A DNA stretch of 62,119 bases, the filler included, from Choristocarpus tenellus KU-1152 (Eukaryota > Protista > Phaeophyceae): assembly GCA_964200185.2 (NCBI GenBank). It is 10 parts of 10 records of this genome, joined end to end, with 100 filler letters (N's around TTAATTAATTAA, not from the genome) between each part and the next. Parts side by side here need not be neighbours in the genome. Positions count along the whole stretch, not along the records: positions 22,319 to 44,334 come from CAXNAD020000308.1; positions 44,435 to 48,295 come from CAXNAD020017524.1; positions 48,396 to 51,402 come from CAXNAD020022983.1; positions 51,503 to 54,373 come from CAXNAD020024052.1; 6 more parts are not named here. One strand, written 5' to 3'. The translations under genes and the position numbers were made by a program. Within the stretch, counting starts at the first letter, position 1, and the number at the start of each line of letters is the position of its first letter. The notes beneath the pieces are model-generated. The model made no database searches. It was not told the origin of the DNA and saw nothing but the letters and a program-made list of their open reading frames with translations. Below are positions 38,243 to 51,542 of the stretch, piece by piece.

Positions 38243-41200
38243 CTAGTCTTCTCGCTTGCCAGTACTAATATCCATAGTTTTTTCCTTTTCTTCTGAATGT
38301 GTGGAAATAATGGATTTTAGCAGCATCTGCGCTTGCGAATCTGCTTTGACCCACCAAGCCACAAACTGCGCTAGGACAATAGGGCGACCCCCTGCACACT
38401 GTGCAAGCCCTTCCAAGGCATTCAACACCTCCTCGAGCATGACCCCATCGATACCCTGCTCTAACTTTGACTCTGGTGCTATCTCAGGCTCTTCTCCTGG
38501 AGTGTGCCTATTGTGCGATCCCAGATGATCTTCTTCTTTTGACTGGTTATCAACATTAGTGACAGTGGAAGGAGACATGTTTGTTTCTTCCATCCTGGCA
38601 CTTCCATATACCGCATCTTCACTGTGTTTTTGAAGAGATCGCACAAAGTACTCCCTGATGAATGTGTCCATAAGAAGAATATTTTCCACCTGTAAGGTAT
38701 ATCTTGATATCTTCGTAGGTTCTTGTTCCCCCAGTTCTTCGTTCTCAACATTGAGCAATTGAAACACAATTGTAGTGTTCTCCAGTGTGCTTCGATTGCA
38801 AGTAAGAAATGGCCTTAGAGGACCACTTGCTTCCAAATCCGATATCCCCATCCTACCCCATTCCCTCGATGCAACTTTCTTGTTCCAGTACCCATCCCTT
38901 GTTCTTATGTTTTCTGCAGCCCTCCGGCCAACCTCAAGTCGCTGTATTCTGCACTTTGCCTGAAGAGTTTCCTCTTTAGCACACAGGACCCGACCCTGCT
39001 CATTGTTTGGCTTCTTCCCCACTTTTTCTTGGCTGCATAGGTTGACACGTTTCTCCTTGAAAGACGATACCCACAGTTGCTCATCACCATACAGAGCCAA
39101 AGCTAGCCTTTTACGGTGGCCATGGGTCTTAACAGTCAGCAGATGAGCTGCATTCTGAACCAGATACCTAAAAAATTGATTTAGGACAGACATCTTGATC
39201 TGTTGCTTCGAAGTGCTTGGGCTGGCAAGATATAGGCAGACAAAATATATGCAATACAGGGAAACTTGTGCAAGGAAGCTCCAAATCTACCTTTAGGTCT
39301 TTCACGTGAGTATTCTTCGAAAGTTCACTCTCAGTTATGGAATTATTTTCGGTATCCCTATTGATATATTCCAACTGCCATAGTCAATTTACCGAGAAAG
39401 AAGCAGAGTGGGTGGTGAGTTGATAGGACTTGTGGTTGTGTAACAAGAGATTTTTGAATGCCTGTCAATATGAACAGAAAGGCTATATGCTGTGATATCA
39501 ACAGGAAGGTTATGTCTCCCCTTCAGGTGCCTAGTCAGCAGGCTAATGTTCCCCAATATCCACAAACACTGGTGATTGCATGAGCTCTGGTCATTTTTTC
39601 ATCAGATGATGTAGACCTTGTGCTTCAAGTGAGCGGGGTGAAGGAGGTTGCACTTGAAAAAAATATGTTGATGAGATTCAACCTGAGGCACACCTTAATA
39701 TAGTAGGTCTTCTGTCTGTCACTCGTCTAATGCATTGATGTGAGTACACAGACTCAAAGCATTTGATATCACCAACATCACCTAGATCTTACCGGGCAAG
39801 TCTAGGCCGGCTGTAATGATCTGCAGTATGGCCCTTCACATGTTTGGAGTGGCATAGGCTTCTCAATGTGTTATATCCAAATGTAGTTGAGATCTGAGAA
39901 CATGTGGTGGGATCATGAGCTTCAACACCAATGTTTCCATCTTCTTCCTGGACAACGGACAAGAGGTACCTGTCGACAAGGGAGTGTCGACCGTAATAGC
40001 TCAAATCAATTTATGTCAAGTTTGTTGCAGAATATGTACTGAAGTGCAAGTTCCTTGGCCTTATAGGGAGCATTAATCTCTGCTCATACTCCACAGCCGA
40101 TGGTGTCTCTGAGATGACTCTGTATGACCTCGCCATTGTCTGTATAGTGCGAGACTATTGCCTCACCTTGTGCCAGATATCATTGCTCCTCCCTTGCAGT
40201 GACTGCGGTCAAATTCGGTGACTTGCACATGACCTTGTTCACATTTCAGTCGAGAGTCCTTTAGTTGTAATCTTCCAAGCATCCAATGCATTGCCTAAGT
40301 TTTCAATGTAATTCCCAATCGGAAGAGATTCAAGCATAGAAGAGCAAAGAACAGCAGAAGTCAGATACAGAGTTACATCCGCCTTACAAACTTTGAACAG
40401 AGGAAAAAAGTATAGGAGAAGTCGGGTATAGAGTTACATCAGCTCCTCCAACCTTGAAACAGAGGAATGCATTACACATCTTGTGATAGTGTACCTATCC
40501 GTGTCTTCTTTGAACAATATCTCATTGCAACTTCATGGTGAAAATCTACCAGTGTAATGTAACCTGCATCTAGCCAAAACAAATTTGTTACCTTTGGGTG
40601 GCCAGATAGGAATGCACTGTCAACATCCCCTCCAATGTCCTCCACAGCACCTCTACCAAGTGTATGCCCTAGATCAGATCCCATCAACATCCTCATCAGC
40701 TTCAGACGAACTCGAAGCATTGGCAGCGCAATAGATCTCCCGCCTGACTCCGTAGATCTTGGTCTTATTTCTTGGCTGCAATGGGGACTAGACTTGAGGG
40801 AGTTGCATGACAAAGAGGGATTTACAATGGCCTCTGAAGCACCAGGATGCGGTCTGTCTATGAGCTCTGTTTCCTTTTGCAGGCTTCTCAGGGCCTGACG
40901 AAAAGGAGTATTATTTGCTGCAGAAAAATGGACAATTCCATGGGTTACCTTTTTGTCCCCGGTGTTGCTTTCACAAGCTGCAGAGAAGATTTTGATCGAA
41001 GGGTAGGAGTAGGGAGGGGTGAAGAGTTATTCTCAGAAAATGAATGGAAACTATGCAGAAGAGCAGGAAGATGCAACCATCGAAGATTTTCAAAATTTGA
41101 CCTATGCAATAAAATGTACAATGAAATCCTTTTGAAGCTCACATCTGGAGGAAATTGGGCGCTCAAGGTGCGCATGTGTATCAGTGGAGAAAATGCTAAC

Positions 41201-43787
41201 TTGTAAAGGAGGGTGCTGAAGAAGGTTCAAGTTCAAATGGAAAAATAATAAGCCAAAAATAAGAAAGGGGTGTAAGGAAGAACATTTATCTTCAGGATGC
41301 AGTAGTAGGAGATTAGGGAGACTGTCTTATAAATATTTTAGATTCAACCAAGGAGAATGGCACATGCTAATTTGATATTTGTATTGGTTCATTACCTGTT
41401 TGAGAATCTAGGCCTATCAGATGACGCCTTCTGTCTTCTTGTGCCTCCCAGTGTTCCAAGATGCACCTGTAAGGAAGAGAAACAGGGCGGGATTTAAAAA
41501 ATGATCTAATATTTGTAAAGGGGGTGTAGACATTGGTTTTGTTGCACAATAAAATCAATCCTGACCAAATATCATCTTGAGAATCTAGAACCTATCGAAA
41601 ACAAAGATTTTAGAATGATATTCCCACGAGGGTTTCACCACCATTCTAATGCTTCTATGATATTTTTCTTGAGTTGATATGCCCACCTTTCAAGCTCTTG
41701 AGCAAGTGCATCCTTGTGAGGACTTTCACTTTGACTTTCCTTGAGCATGCTCTCATTGCTGCTAGACTCAAGAGCTCTTTGCCTTGCAATGCGGCAGCAT
41801 GGAACGGGGCATGCTGGTCCTGGGACCTGAAAATGTGAGGAAATTGTTAAAGGCAACCTCCATGTAGAAAAAGCGGTGTTCTATTCAAGTTCTGGATATT
41901 TCAGTTTCTGATTTTGATGTGTATCTAAACAAATGTATCCTTGAGGTCATGGGATCTTGAAAACTTGCAGTTGCTTCAGAAAATATTGGATTCATCCCAT
42001 GAATAATAGGAGATGAAGGACAATTTTAGTTATGTAAGCTATTCCTAGCCTCTACATGGTATCAAACCTATAGGAAGATTTCACCACTGCTTTGGAGAAG
42101 CCTTGATGATTGAGACATGAGAGCCTAGTATAGTCAACTCATATGTTAGCACCATTGCAAAAAATTCAAGATAAATTTTGAATGTACTAAAATCTCAAAG
42201 GAACTTCCACGTGACTATATTTCCTCTTCCACTAGTCACGGAAAGATGATTATTTTCAATAGCTGGAGTTTTCCCAAATGATCGATTCATAGCAATAGGA
42301 GTTGTGATAAAATATCAATATCTGTTGTGTCAACAGAGCTGCAAATTGTTTGCATAATTTACATAAGGACTATCCTGGTGGTGCAGTGGAGTATCAATAT
42401 TTTGGCACAACCAAAGGTTCCAGGTTTGAACCCCAGTCAGTTCACTTTCCCGACCGTGTATATCGGTGAGAAGATAAACTATAGTATCTGAATTGACAGG
42501 ATAATGGTACTATTCGCAGAGGTTCCGAAAAAAGACTCGATTAGAAGCTTGAAGCTTTGGGGATCTCCTTGCTGAAGGTGTGCAACTAGTGCGGTGATGG
42601 CTCACGTATTGAGTCGGTTAGCAACCCTAACCCTAAGTTGATCGAGGTATTGAGATACTGTCCCATTGGGGGAGACAATGTTGCAGCATCCTGCCCTGAT
42701 AGTGATGTGATATTTTAATACCTTTATATGATTCAGAGATTGTTGATATTACTAGAATATTCTAAACCATGCACACGTGGGAAGGATCATTGGCAAAATG
42801 CTTGAGCCATTGTCTCTCATGTATAGACCCAGAGCAATTAAGAGGGTAGGAGTTTTGCCCTGTTTGTCCATTTGGGGCTTTGCTTCCCATGGGGTTTTAT
42901 GGCATTTTTCGATTTTCTGTGTGAACACAGTTACCTAAAGTGTATACAACTGTAAAAGGTGTGTTCGGAGCAAGGATATTGACGCTTGCTAACAAACATG
43001 ATAGCCAAAATTACATCACTTCACAACTTTGGATCAATGACCCCCAATGGATGTAGCCCTACCCTCTCAAATGCAAAGAATGTCCGAAATACCATGTCTT
43101 TTACGTAACAGACGCCTTCTTTCTACCAACAGGTACAAGTAATGTCTCAAGACCGGCTTAGACTTCACTCACCTTGCAGACGGGCACATGTATTCTGAGC
43201 ATTGCACAGAAGATGTGCCAAGGCTTAACCTGGTGTGGATCAGGCAAGGTTACCGAATTTGGCTGCAATAGTGCCTCTGTGAAAGGGTCGCCCATATCTG
43301 GTCGGCGGCAAAGTTCAGCTTCCCTAATAATTGTTTGGGCTTCAAATGTGCGCTTGTCGTTGGAGTTGCATGGACTGGAGAGTTGTGACTGTATGAGGAC
43401 AGGAAGCAGGTGCTTTGCCCGAATATTGGCATAGTTGTAGTACCTGTGGTTGAGGACACCAGAAGAATGAGTTCCTCGATCCATGGATGTCTATTGCATC
43501 ATTGCTACAAAACAGGTTAGATGACCCGTTGAGTAGAAGGAAGTTCTATGATATACATATCCCCTGCTCTTAATGTTAGTCTTAGAATTATCGACACACA
43601 ACCTCATCATACTTGGAGTTGGTATGGTATACAAAAGGGTGCAGCTAATATTCCTATATTTATGACTCTCCAATGCATCAGAGATATTTCTGTGTTGCAG
43701 CAGGAACACGACCATTTGCTCACGAAATGAAACACCTTGAATAAGTACCTGAGTCTGGCTTCATGCACGGTCAAGATGTCACTTTCC
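38243..43787 (-). CDS. Multi-exon hypothetical protein, 3' part (exons include 43787-43749, 43443-43173, 41826-41687, ~41466-41396, further exons at 39.8-41.1 kb, and a terminal exon ~39218-38243)
   Basis: A terminal ORF of >316 aa plus several phase-compatible GT-AG exons; no family recognised; middle exons unresolved. Confidence 0.65.
42372..42445 (+). mobile_element. tRNA-derived SINE head / tRNA pseudogene
   Basis: A box TGGTGCAGTGG and B box GGTTTGAACCC at tRNA spacing, but no intact cloverleaf. Confidence 0.55.
42830..43068 (+). mobile_element. MITE family A, old degraded copy
   Basis: Internal match with eroded TIRs and CpG-type substitutions (GGACGCGGC to GGATGTAGC). Confidence 0.8.
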
Positions 43788-44127
43788 CTATTTCAAAGAC
43801 CAGGGCGTATGTTTTGCAGTGGAACAGATGGTTTGCTGTGAGATAGGATTGGTTGGAAAGCAAAAAAAAAATGCTTGTATTGAATTCGTAGATATAGATT
43901 CATTCCAATGCTTGAAGCTCAATAGGAAGGGATGATGTGCACATCAGCAGAAATCCATGAACTACGAATATCTTATACCAGATGAAGTGACACATGAACT
44001 TTAATATTTGTGGCAAATCACCAACGGCACAGGTTGGGGCATTGCAAGGTCACAAATTTTTCTCCCCTCAATACATGTGTATGTTTGTGTTGTTGGATGC
44101 TATATATTGTCCTTTCTTTCCCAAGTT

Positions 44128-44290
44128 GGCTCGAAGTATCTGGAGGGGGGGGAGGGGGGTCTACACTAGGGTGTCCATTTATGCCCTAACCATGAGAAGT
44201 GAACTTACATTATCCATCCGACGCATGCAACCAAATCACCCAAGAATTGCGGCATGGAAAAATGGGCCCCGAATGGACAGCCGCTACCCG

Positions 44291-44330
<40 letters not shown>

Positions 44331-44334
44331 ACAC
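44128..44334. mobile_element. MITE family B, truncated by the contig end inside its C-tract
   Basis: GGCTCGAAGTATCTGGAGGGGG start; the interior is the reverse complement of 33084-33264. Confidence 0.88.
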
Positions 44335-45655
44335 NNNNNNNNNNNNNNNNNNNNNNNNNNNNNNNNNNNNNNNNNNNNTTAATTAATTAANNNNNNNNNN
44401 NNNNNNNNNNNNNNNNNNNNNNNNNNNNNNNNNNCGGCCCTACCCTCTAAGATACTTTGGCTGAAGGGGGAATACACTTCATGAGGTGGAACTGGAATTC
44501 CCTGCTGGTGAACACCTTTCTGGAGATGGGGCTGGAGCAGTGTGGGGGAGATTCCTTTGTCTTCTTGTGGATCAATGAGGGGGCTTTGGTATTGATTATG
44601 CGGATCCATGTTGATAACGTGCCGATGAGTAGTGATGGTGGCATCCACCATCCCCAAGACACTTTTGGTGGGATTCAACCAGACGTTTACCATTTAACGT
44701 ATTGGAAAAAAAGAAACATCAAGGGGTGCTGAATAAGCCAGGATCAGGACCATGGGGTTGTACATATCGACCAGGAGATGTATGTGGAGAGGTTTGTGGA
44801 GAGGCATGAGATTACAGACATCTTTGTGGTGCCAGCTGTGGCATCCCCAGAGCTAGTGGGGGAAGGACCAGTTGGCAAGTGTTTCTGGGCAACGATTTGA
44901 GGGCTAGTGTGAGCATCCATCATGATACGCCCGGACTTTTCATGTCCAGTGTGTGTAATGGCTACTTATTGTATGAAACCCACAGCAACAGACTGGAAGG
45001 AAACGGGCGATTGGGTATTGTTGGGGGCTAGTAGTCAGGGATTGATGTGTAGGGATTATACGTTCTATGGGACAGCAAGCAGTCAGCAACTGATCGGATT
45101 TGTAGATACAGACTTTGCTAACTGCACGACTACAAGGTTTTCTGTGTTTGGGGGTGCATGTATCAGATGGTGGTCTAGGATTCAGTGGGTAGTGACTCTA
45201 TCTACCACGGATGTTGATTAGATCTCGCTTTCTGATCTTGCCATGGAGGTAATGAGCCAAACCAATTCAGATGTAGGCAGGTTTGAACCCTTTCGCATTC
45301 TAAGCCGCAATTCTTACGCTGTGAAATACACCCTATCTCATTCCTTTCTCTTACAAAATAGTGTGTACAGAATTGGTGCCCCCCCCCTTCCACACACAAT
45401 GTGACACCACAATTAGCAAAGACTCTGCAATTGTACAAAATGGCGCCATTTTGCTATGCCTCGGAATCCTTAACATACCACATTGCCTACCTCTCAGTTG
45501 GTTTGGGCTCAATGCTCCTATAGCAAGTCCAATTCTTCGTAAGGCCAGAGACGGAGGAGTAATTTGTACACACTTGTTTGAGAATAACATTGGAGCTATC
45601 AAGTTGGCTGAGGAGACTGTATCCGAGAGGAAAACAAACTTTGTTGATGCCAGAT

Positions 45656-45915
45656 GAGCCAAAGTATCTTAGAGGGTAGAGCCGCGTCCATTTGGGTTCC
45701 AAAATCCAATGTTGCGATTTTGATGTAAATTTGGCTATCGTGTTTGTTAGGGAGGTGTCAGTATCCTTGTTCCGGATACACCTTTTCATAACACACACAT
45801 TTTACCTGCTCCGAAACATTTTGGAGTAAGAAAACGCCATAAAAAAACCCAGGGGAAGCCAAGTCCCAAACGGGTAAACAGAGTAAAACTCGTACCCTCT
45901 AAGTTACTTTCACTC
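45656..45915 (-). mobile_element. MITE family A, TSD AGAT
   Basis: Intact TIRs; AGAT flanks; inserted in Copia RNase H. Confidence 0.93.
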
Positions 45916-46248
45916 AGATATCATTGTACGTGAGGTATTTGGTACTAGAGAGGAAGGCCAAGGCTAGGCATACGCATACTACAGACCAGTATACCGACTT
46001 AGCTCACAAGAGCTTTGGGCGAACATCATGCACTGCTAGTGTTTGATGTAGGAATTTGTGTTTGTTTTATGGGGGTTGGTGAGGAATACGATGGAGTGCT
46101 ATTTATATAGAACAGGTCTCGCATCGCATTCAGAGAAGGGGAGTGTGTCAAGATCGGAGTTTGGATACTTCTGCTACTACTGAGTTTGGGCCTGTGCGGT
46201 TCCTACAGACGATATATGACGTGTGGAGGTATTAATCAAGAACCTAGT

Positions 46249-46497
46249 GAGTGAAAGTATCCTAGAGGGTACAAGTTTAGACCTGTTTGTCCATTTGGGG
46301 CTTGGCTTCCCACGGGTTTATTATGTCTCCAAAACATTTCCGAGTAGGTAAAATGTGTACGTTATGGAAAGATGTGTCCGGAAAAAGGATATTGACACTT
46401 CCTAACAAACATAATAGCCCAAATTACATTAAAATCGCAACATTGGATTTTGGCCCCCAAAATGGACGCGGTTCTACCCTCTAAGATAATTTGACTC
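46249..46497 (+). mobile_element. MITE family A, TSD AGT
   Basis: Intact TIRs; AGT flanks; lies in the presumed Copia LTR. Confidence 0.92.
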
Positions 46498-48487
46498 AGT
46501 GTTATGTTTACGGTAGGTTCCCCCAACAACCTCTGATTTAAGTCAAATAAGGAGATACCACTCTTCTGCTGGGGATGATTTTCGCGTGGCTCTCTGCCCT
46601 AGTGAAACAGTGGCATCTCAATATTCGGAAGGCAAGCAGAATTTTTTTTGGATGAGCTAGCCACCCATGCAGTAAGGGGGAGAGGGACGGGAGAATATTG
46701 TAATAAACGGGCTGTCAAGTCGCGTTTGAGACAGATAGTGTGCGTCACTGTACAAGTGGCCCTCTCAAGACGCGCTGTGCATTTCAAGCTAGAGGCAGCA
46801 GACAGGTGGGCAAGAAGTGACCTATCAGATTTCTTGGGATGCTTCCCTAGCTCCTCGCCCAACTTTGTAGGGCTAAGTTTGGTTACAACCTCAACAGTGT
46901 GTGCATTACTTTTGTAGTTATTAATAACCTTTCAGGGAAGATCGTTGTATTCTTAGTTTCAAATAATAAATACTGTTTAGAGAGCCTTATCTTTTCCATT
47001 AATGGGAGTTGTTATTTTTATAGCAGTCCTTATAATACAGTTTGGGGTTTCCCTGAAAACATCCCTAAATATCAGAAGGACATAATAATATTAAATAATA
47101 ATGCGGGTTGTCAATTTTGAGTTATTTATATTTTTACCAGCAAATTTTGGGTCAAAGGAAACGAGATTTATCGATGGCTGCATCTAAAGGATGAGAGAAA
47201 TGCGCAAAAAATCAGTGTACTACTAATTCATATAGGTACTTTCCTGTATTCTGTCGAAAATTTTCGAGCAAAGGAAGAAATCAACGGTCTCGTATCAAAT
47301 TTGCCACTTCATCCACAAAAGAAAGAACGAATCGCAAAAGATGAATAATATTAATTAAAAATGCAAAACGACCAAACCTTAACAACTATCTGTCGTTTAT
47401 TTTTATTTTGGCTCTATATCAACTTGAAAATGAAGAGTGACTCCAAAAAGGTATCGGATATGGAAATATCACACAGTAGAGACTGACTAGAGACACTATG
47501 TCACCCACTTCACTACTAGGGCTTCCACAATGTACCCACTTTGAAAGGGTGACATTATTATTTATACTATCATAGAGGGAGGGACAAACCATTTATACAC
47601 GTCGATTAAATGGCGGGTGATATGTATATATATCTTATGTGTACATGCTAAACAGGAAGGTATTTATCGATTAATCAGGATTTGAACATTTCCTTCACGT
47701 TGAGCTATACTCCGTACATTATTTATGGTACAGGAATTCTGGGTAGAAGTGATTTTCGCATCTTGGCACTCCTTCAACGTCGACATAATACATCTATTTG
47801 TACCTCTTTTTTTTCTCTATCGATTTGTGAACCACAAATGAGTTATATCGTGGTTCATCTGACGTGTGAAGATTTTATATCATTTTTCCTTCTGAAGGGT
47901 TGGAGACCAATAAAAGTAAGTTTGAAAACCAAGATGACCAAAGATTTTGTGGTCATGTAGACTGTGGAGGACAAGTTTAGAGAGTTATTTGAGAGCAACA
48001 ACTTGATCATGGAAGGAGTCATCCTTACGTTAATGTCAGGCTGATGCGGCATGAATAATAAAGAAAGTCCTCCACTTTCGTTATTGAAAAAAAAGGATGA
48101 CGAGGGGGGCAACATTGTCGTGTCAGATGAAGATAAATATTCAACACAAAACCAATAACAGTCGATCATCAAAATTGAGGATGGAGCATACTATGGAGGA
48201 TAGGTTTGACCGAAAATGGTGCGCGGAAAGTGTCCATATGTTTTTTTTTGTAAATGTTGCGGCACTTTTTAAGGACCCCTTTTTAATGGGAATCCNNNNN
48301 NNNNNNNNNNNNNNNNNNNNNNNNNNNNNNNNNNNNNNNTTAATTAATTAANNNNNNNNNNNNNNNNNNNNNNNNNNNNNNNNNNNNNNNNNNNNGGGGG
48401 GGTCTACAATATTTTTCAAGTTTTCCTTGATCTCTTTTGGAGTTGTTCCACCCAACACCTGAATCAAATGAGAGCAGTCATACATAC

Positions 48488-50766
48488 CTTGAATGGAGTG
48501 TAGCTCAAGTACCGGTTACAGAGTTTGAAGACCACTGATGACAAGTCTCCAACCCCTGCCTGCAAGACAATACTGTCGTCTGGGACTGGTTCTGTTGCTT
48601 CAAGTTTAATCTCATAGCGCCAGCGGCCCCCGGTATCTCGTATCACCACAAGTTCCACTGTTGCATGAAAAGGTTTTAAGGGTTCAAGAGACACCTGCCG
48701 AACAGTTCCAACAGGTCACAGTTAGCAGAGGCCCAGCCGTATCAAGGGGCTTCTTCATCACATTTTCGGGTAATATCCTCACCATGACTTGAGGCCCGGG
48801 TTAGATAGTTGCAGTGCAACAGATGCAGCTCATGTGGACGGTTGATCTCATTCGAGCCAGTTTGTTGTCCTTGTTTTTCAAACTGGATACAGGCACGGGA
48901 GTTCTAGTGCATCAACATAGAATTTACGTTGGGAGAACAGATGAAATTCCTCCCCTCACCTGAAATCGCAGTGATTGCTCCGGGTTTGATAGGGTGGTGT
49001 TCACAGGTGTTACACTCAATGCCCGTTCCAACAGCCTATCATGAAAGTATCAGACCGAGAGGACAATTTTTTTTGGGTGAAATAAGTTGAGAGGTGCTGA
49101 GATATGCTCCAGACCTCTGAGGTTTGAAGGCATTCAATGCCAACAAAATCTAAACTCTTTTCTTTGGGGTGTGGATGGAGGTATATTCAAGAGGGAATCA
49201 ATCCAAACCATAACCAATGTGGGATATCTCAACATTTTTTAGTGCACTTTGCTACTGAGAGTATCCCAGAGTGCCTGAAAGTACGTAGGATGGTGAGAAA
49301 TTGAACAAGTTCCAGAGATGGAGCTTTTGGCTCCTCTGAGGGATTTCGTGAGTTAATTATTGAAAAAGAGGATGCAGTTATTCAGCATGTCCAAACTCGC
49401 TTGTGCTCACATCTTCATCTTAGGGTCGTCTGGTAGGACCAACTCATATCCAAACTCCTCAGTGCCATTTACATCTACGAGTCCCTGGAGCTCGACCTGC
49501 AATACAGTCATTGAGTACAAATTTAACATTCTCAGTGAGTGAAGGACTTTGTGCTCCTTGTGGTTCCAATGATGACTGTTTTAAAACCCCAGTTGAAGCT
49601 CTACAATATAAAAACTATGTTCTCATTGATACTTGATATGATCAATTCAAAATTCTGTTCAAATTACAAACTATTGTGTTGAACAATTTTTTGCTAGGGT
49701 ACACCAAGATGTGGCTTGAAGGCCCCCCTTTCCTGTTGTTAACAGTGCACAGTACATGAGGGAGTCTTGCAAGTGTGAATCCTTACTCATACCTCAATGT
49801 CTTCTCTGACAGTTTTCTTTGCTGGGCATGACATGGAAAATGCCCTGAGGCTGGCCTGCGCCTCAGCAGCGCCAACGAGGGGAAACGCCCAGGTGAGAGC
49901 TCGACCCCCTAATTGCCCACGGACTTCCACACAGCCACGTTCCTCTCTGATAAACTCTGGGGTAAAGGTGATAGGTATCTGCAGAGAAAAAATGGTGTGC
50001 GCAGGTTTAATGCACTCTAGGGAGTATGTTTGAGGGAGTAGCATGCTTGATTCAATGTCCTTTATAGTCAGGCTTCAAACTGTATCAGGTTAGATTTCAA
50101 TTGCCAGGTTCATGCTAATGCCAACCTAGGAAGAAGAGGATAGAAAAGCTCCTGTTCCAGCAAGAGGGTGAGTGAGAGGCTGGTGGTCCGCAAAGTTTAC
50201 AATAGGTTTGCAAGAGCACCAGGAAGGACGCTAATGTTTTTTACAAAAATATGAAAGCCTTGGTTGCATACAAACTGTAAGTCACATATTGAGTTGTGAA
50301 TTTCAATACCTCACTGGAGGAAGTAGGAAATTGTGAGCAAGTCATCAGCCCCCCAAAGGCCTATGGGTGCTTGAGAAGACGTCACACAATACCAAGAAAT
50401 ATTTCATATATTTTGGTTGAGATGGTATGTGCAAATATATGACGGGCCATTGGTGACCTCAAGCCAAAGGGGTGCATCCGATCAGCAACTTTCCCACACC
50501 TACCAAAGTTTTTATCAGCAGTAATTTTCACCTGAAGGGATTGGAATGGTTGCAAGACAAGGTTTGTGTTCTTTTTCAAAAGGAGGCTGAAGGGATTAGC
50601 CCTATTCTGCTTCTCCTTGGAGCGCGTAATTTGTCCGTCTTCTGAAGCACTCTCAATGGGTTGTTGTGCATCTACATCTGTCTCTTCATCAATGGCAATT
50701 TGACCTGGCGGTGTACTCTCCGTCTTGAGGACAATGGTCACCAAGAGAGGCTCAGGAAAGGGGTTC
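48488..50766 (-). CDS. CFAP47: Cilia- and flagella-associated protein 47, five internal C-terminal-region exons (50766-50532, 49978-49793, 49496-49411, 49035-48960, 48694-48488)
   Basis: NPFPEPL..., LQPFQSLQIPITFTP, LTWAFPLVGAAEA, LEPLKPFHATVELVVIRDTGGRWRYEIKLEATEPVPDDSIVLQA; phases all consistent. Confidence 0.82.
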
Positions 50767-51333
50767 CTGCAAAGAAAAGAGAGAAAAAAATCGATCAATG
50801 TTCTTCAAGCATGTGTTCCAGAACGTTTCTATGATTGAAGAACAGTGGGAATGGGCATTTTCCCTTTTTTCAGAGTCCAGTGAGTTTGATCATAAGAGTA
50901 GCAGCTGCACCACTCAAACTCAGTCTTGCTTCACCAAAACAATTAAACAAATAATATGGCATGAGAAACGGCATACCGGGCCATGCCTTCATGTTGCATG
51001 TTCATTGAGAAAATATCACTTCTTGGGAGTGATTCAGGGTAGCAGCGTCAAACAACTAAATTACAATCGTAGGGTAGTTTCTCCAACTTGCTGACAATTG
51101 TCTACATTACCTACGGTTGCAAGTCTTCTTGCCTATCTAAATCACAATCCTTCCTTTTAGCAGTTTCTTCTGGAAATATTTTGCTCTCTTTAACCCTTTT
51201 TCTGAACGCTTACTATGCTTTCCAGTTGACCAAAGTTGGTAGCACTAGACATTGAAAAGAGGTGAGAATTCTGAAAAATATGTACAATGATCGGCTGAAG
51301 TTGGACATCAGGGTATGACTATATTTGTCCAAA

Positions 51334-51542
51334 GGCTCAAAGTGTATGGGAGGGGGTGGTGGCTGTCCATTTGGGGTCAATTTTTTCATGTCGCGATTTT
51401 TGNNNNNNNNNNNNNNNNNNNNNNNNNNNNNNNNNNNNNNNNNNNNTTAATTAATTAANNNNNNNNNNNNNNNNNNNNNNNNNNNNNNNNNNNNNNNNNN
51501 NNTCTCTTCCGATCCCCCCCCCCCCCCCAGATGCTTTGAGCC
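51334..51542. mobile_element. MITE family B left end (51334-51402) and right end (~51514-51542) on either side of a spacer
   Basis: GGCTCAAAGTG... and ...AGATGCTTTGAGCC, each flanked by AAA. Confidence 0.75.

Larger units (their letters stand above)
44470..46540 (+). mobile_element. Degenerate Ty1/Copia RT-RNase H with PPT (46132-46143) and 3' LTR start (TGTCAAG, 46146)
   Basis: IRPDFS, GFVDTDFA, GGACIRWWSRIQWVVTLSTT, FENNIGAIKLA, FVDAR|YH; AGAGAAGGGGAG precedes TG. Confidence 0.85.

Noticed and set aside
43788-43836. In-frame stop in an exon of the minus-strand unknown gene
   Set aside because: Using the acceptor CTTTGAAATAG at 43788 places the TGA in the intron.
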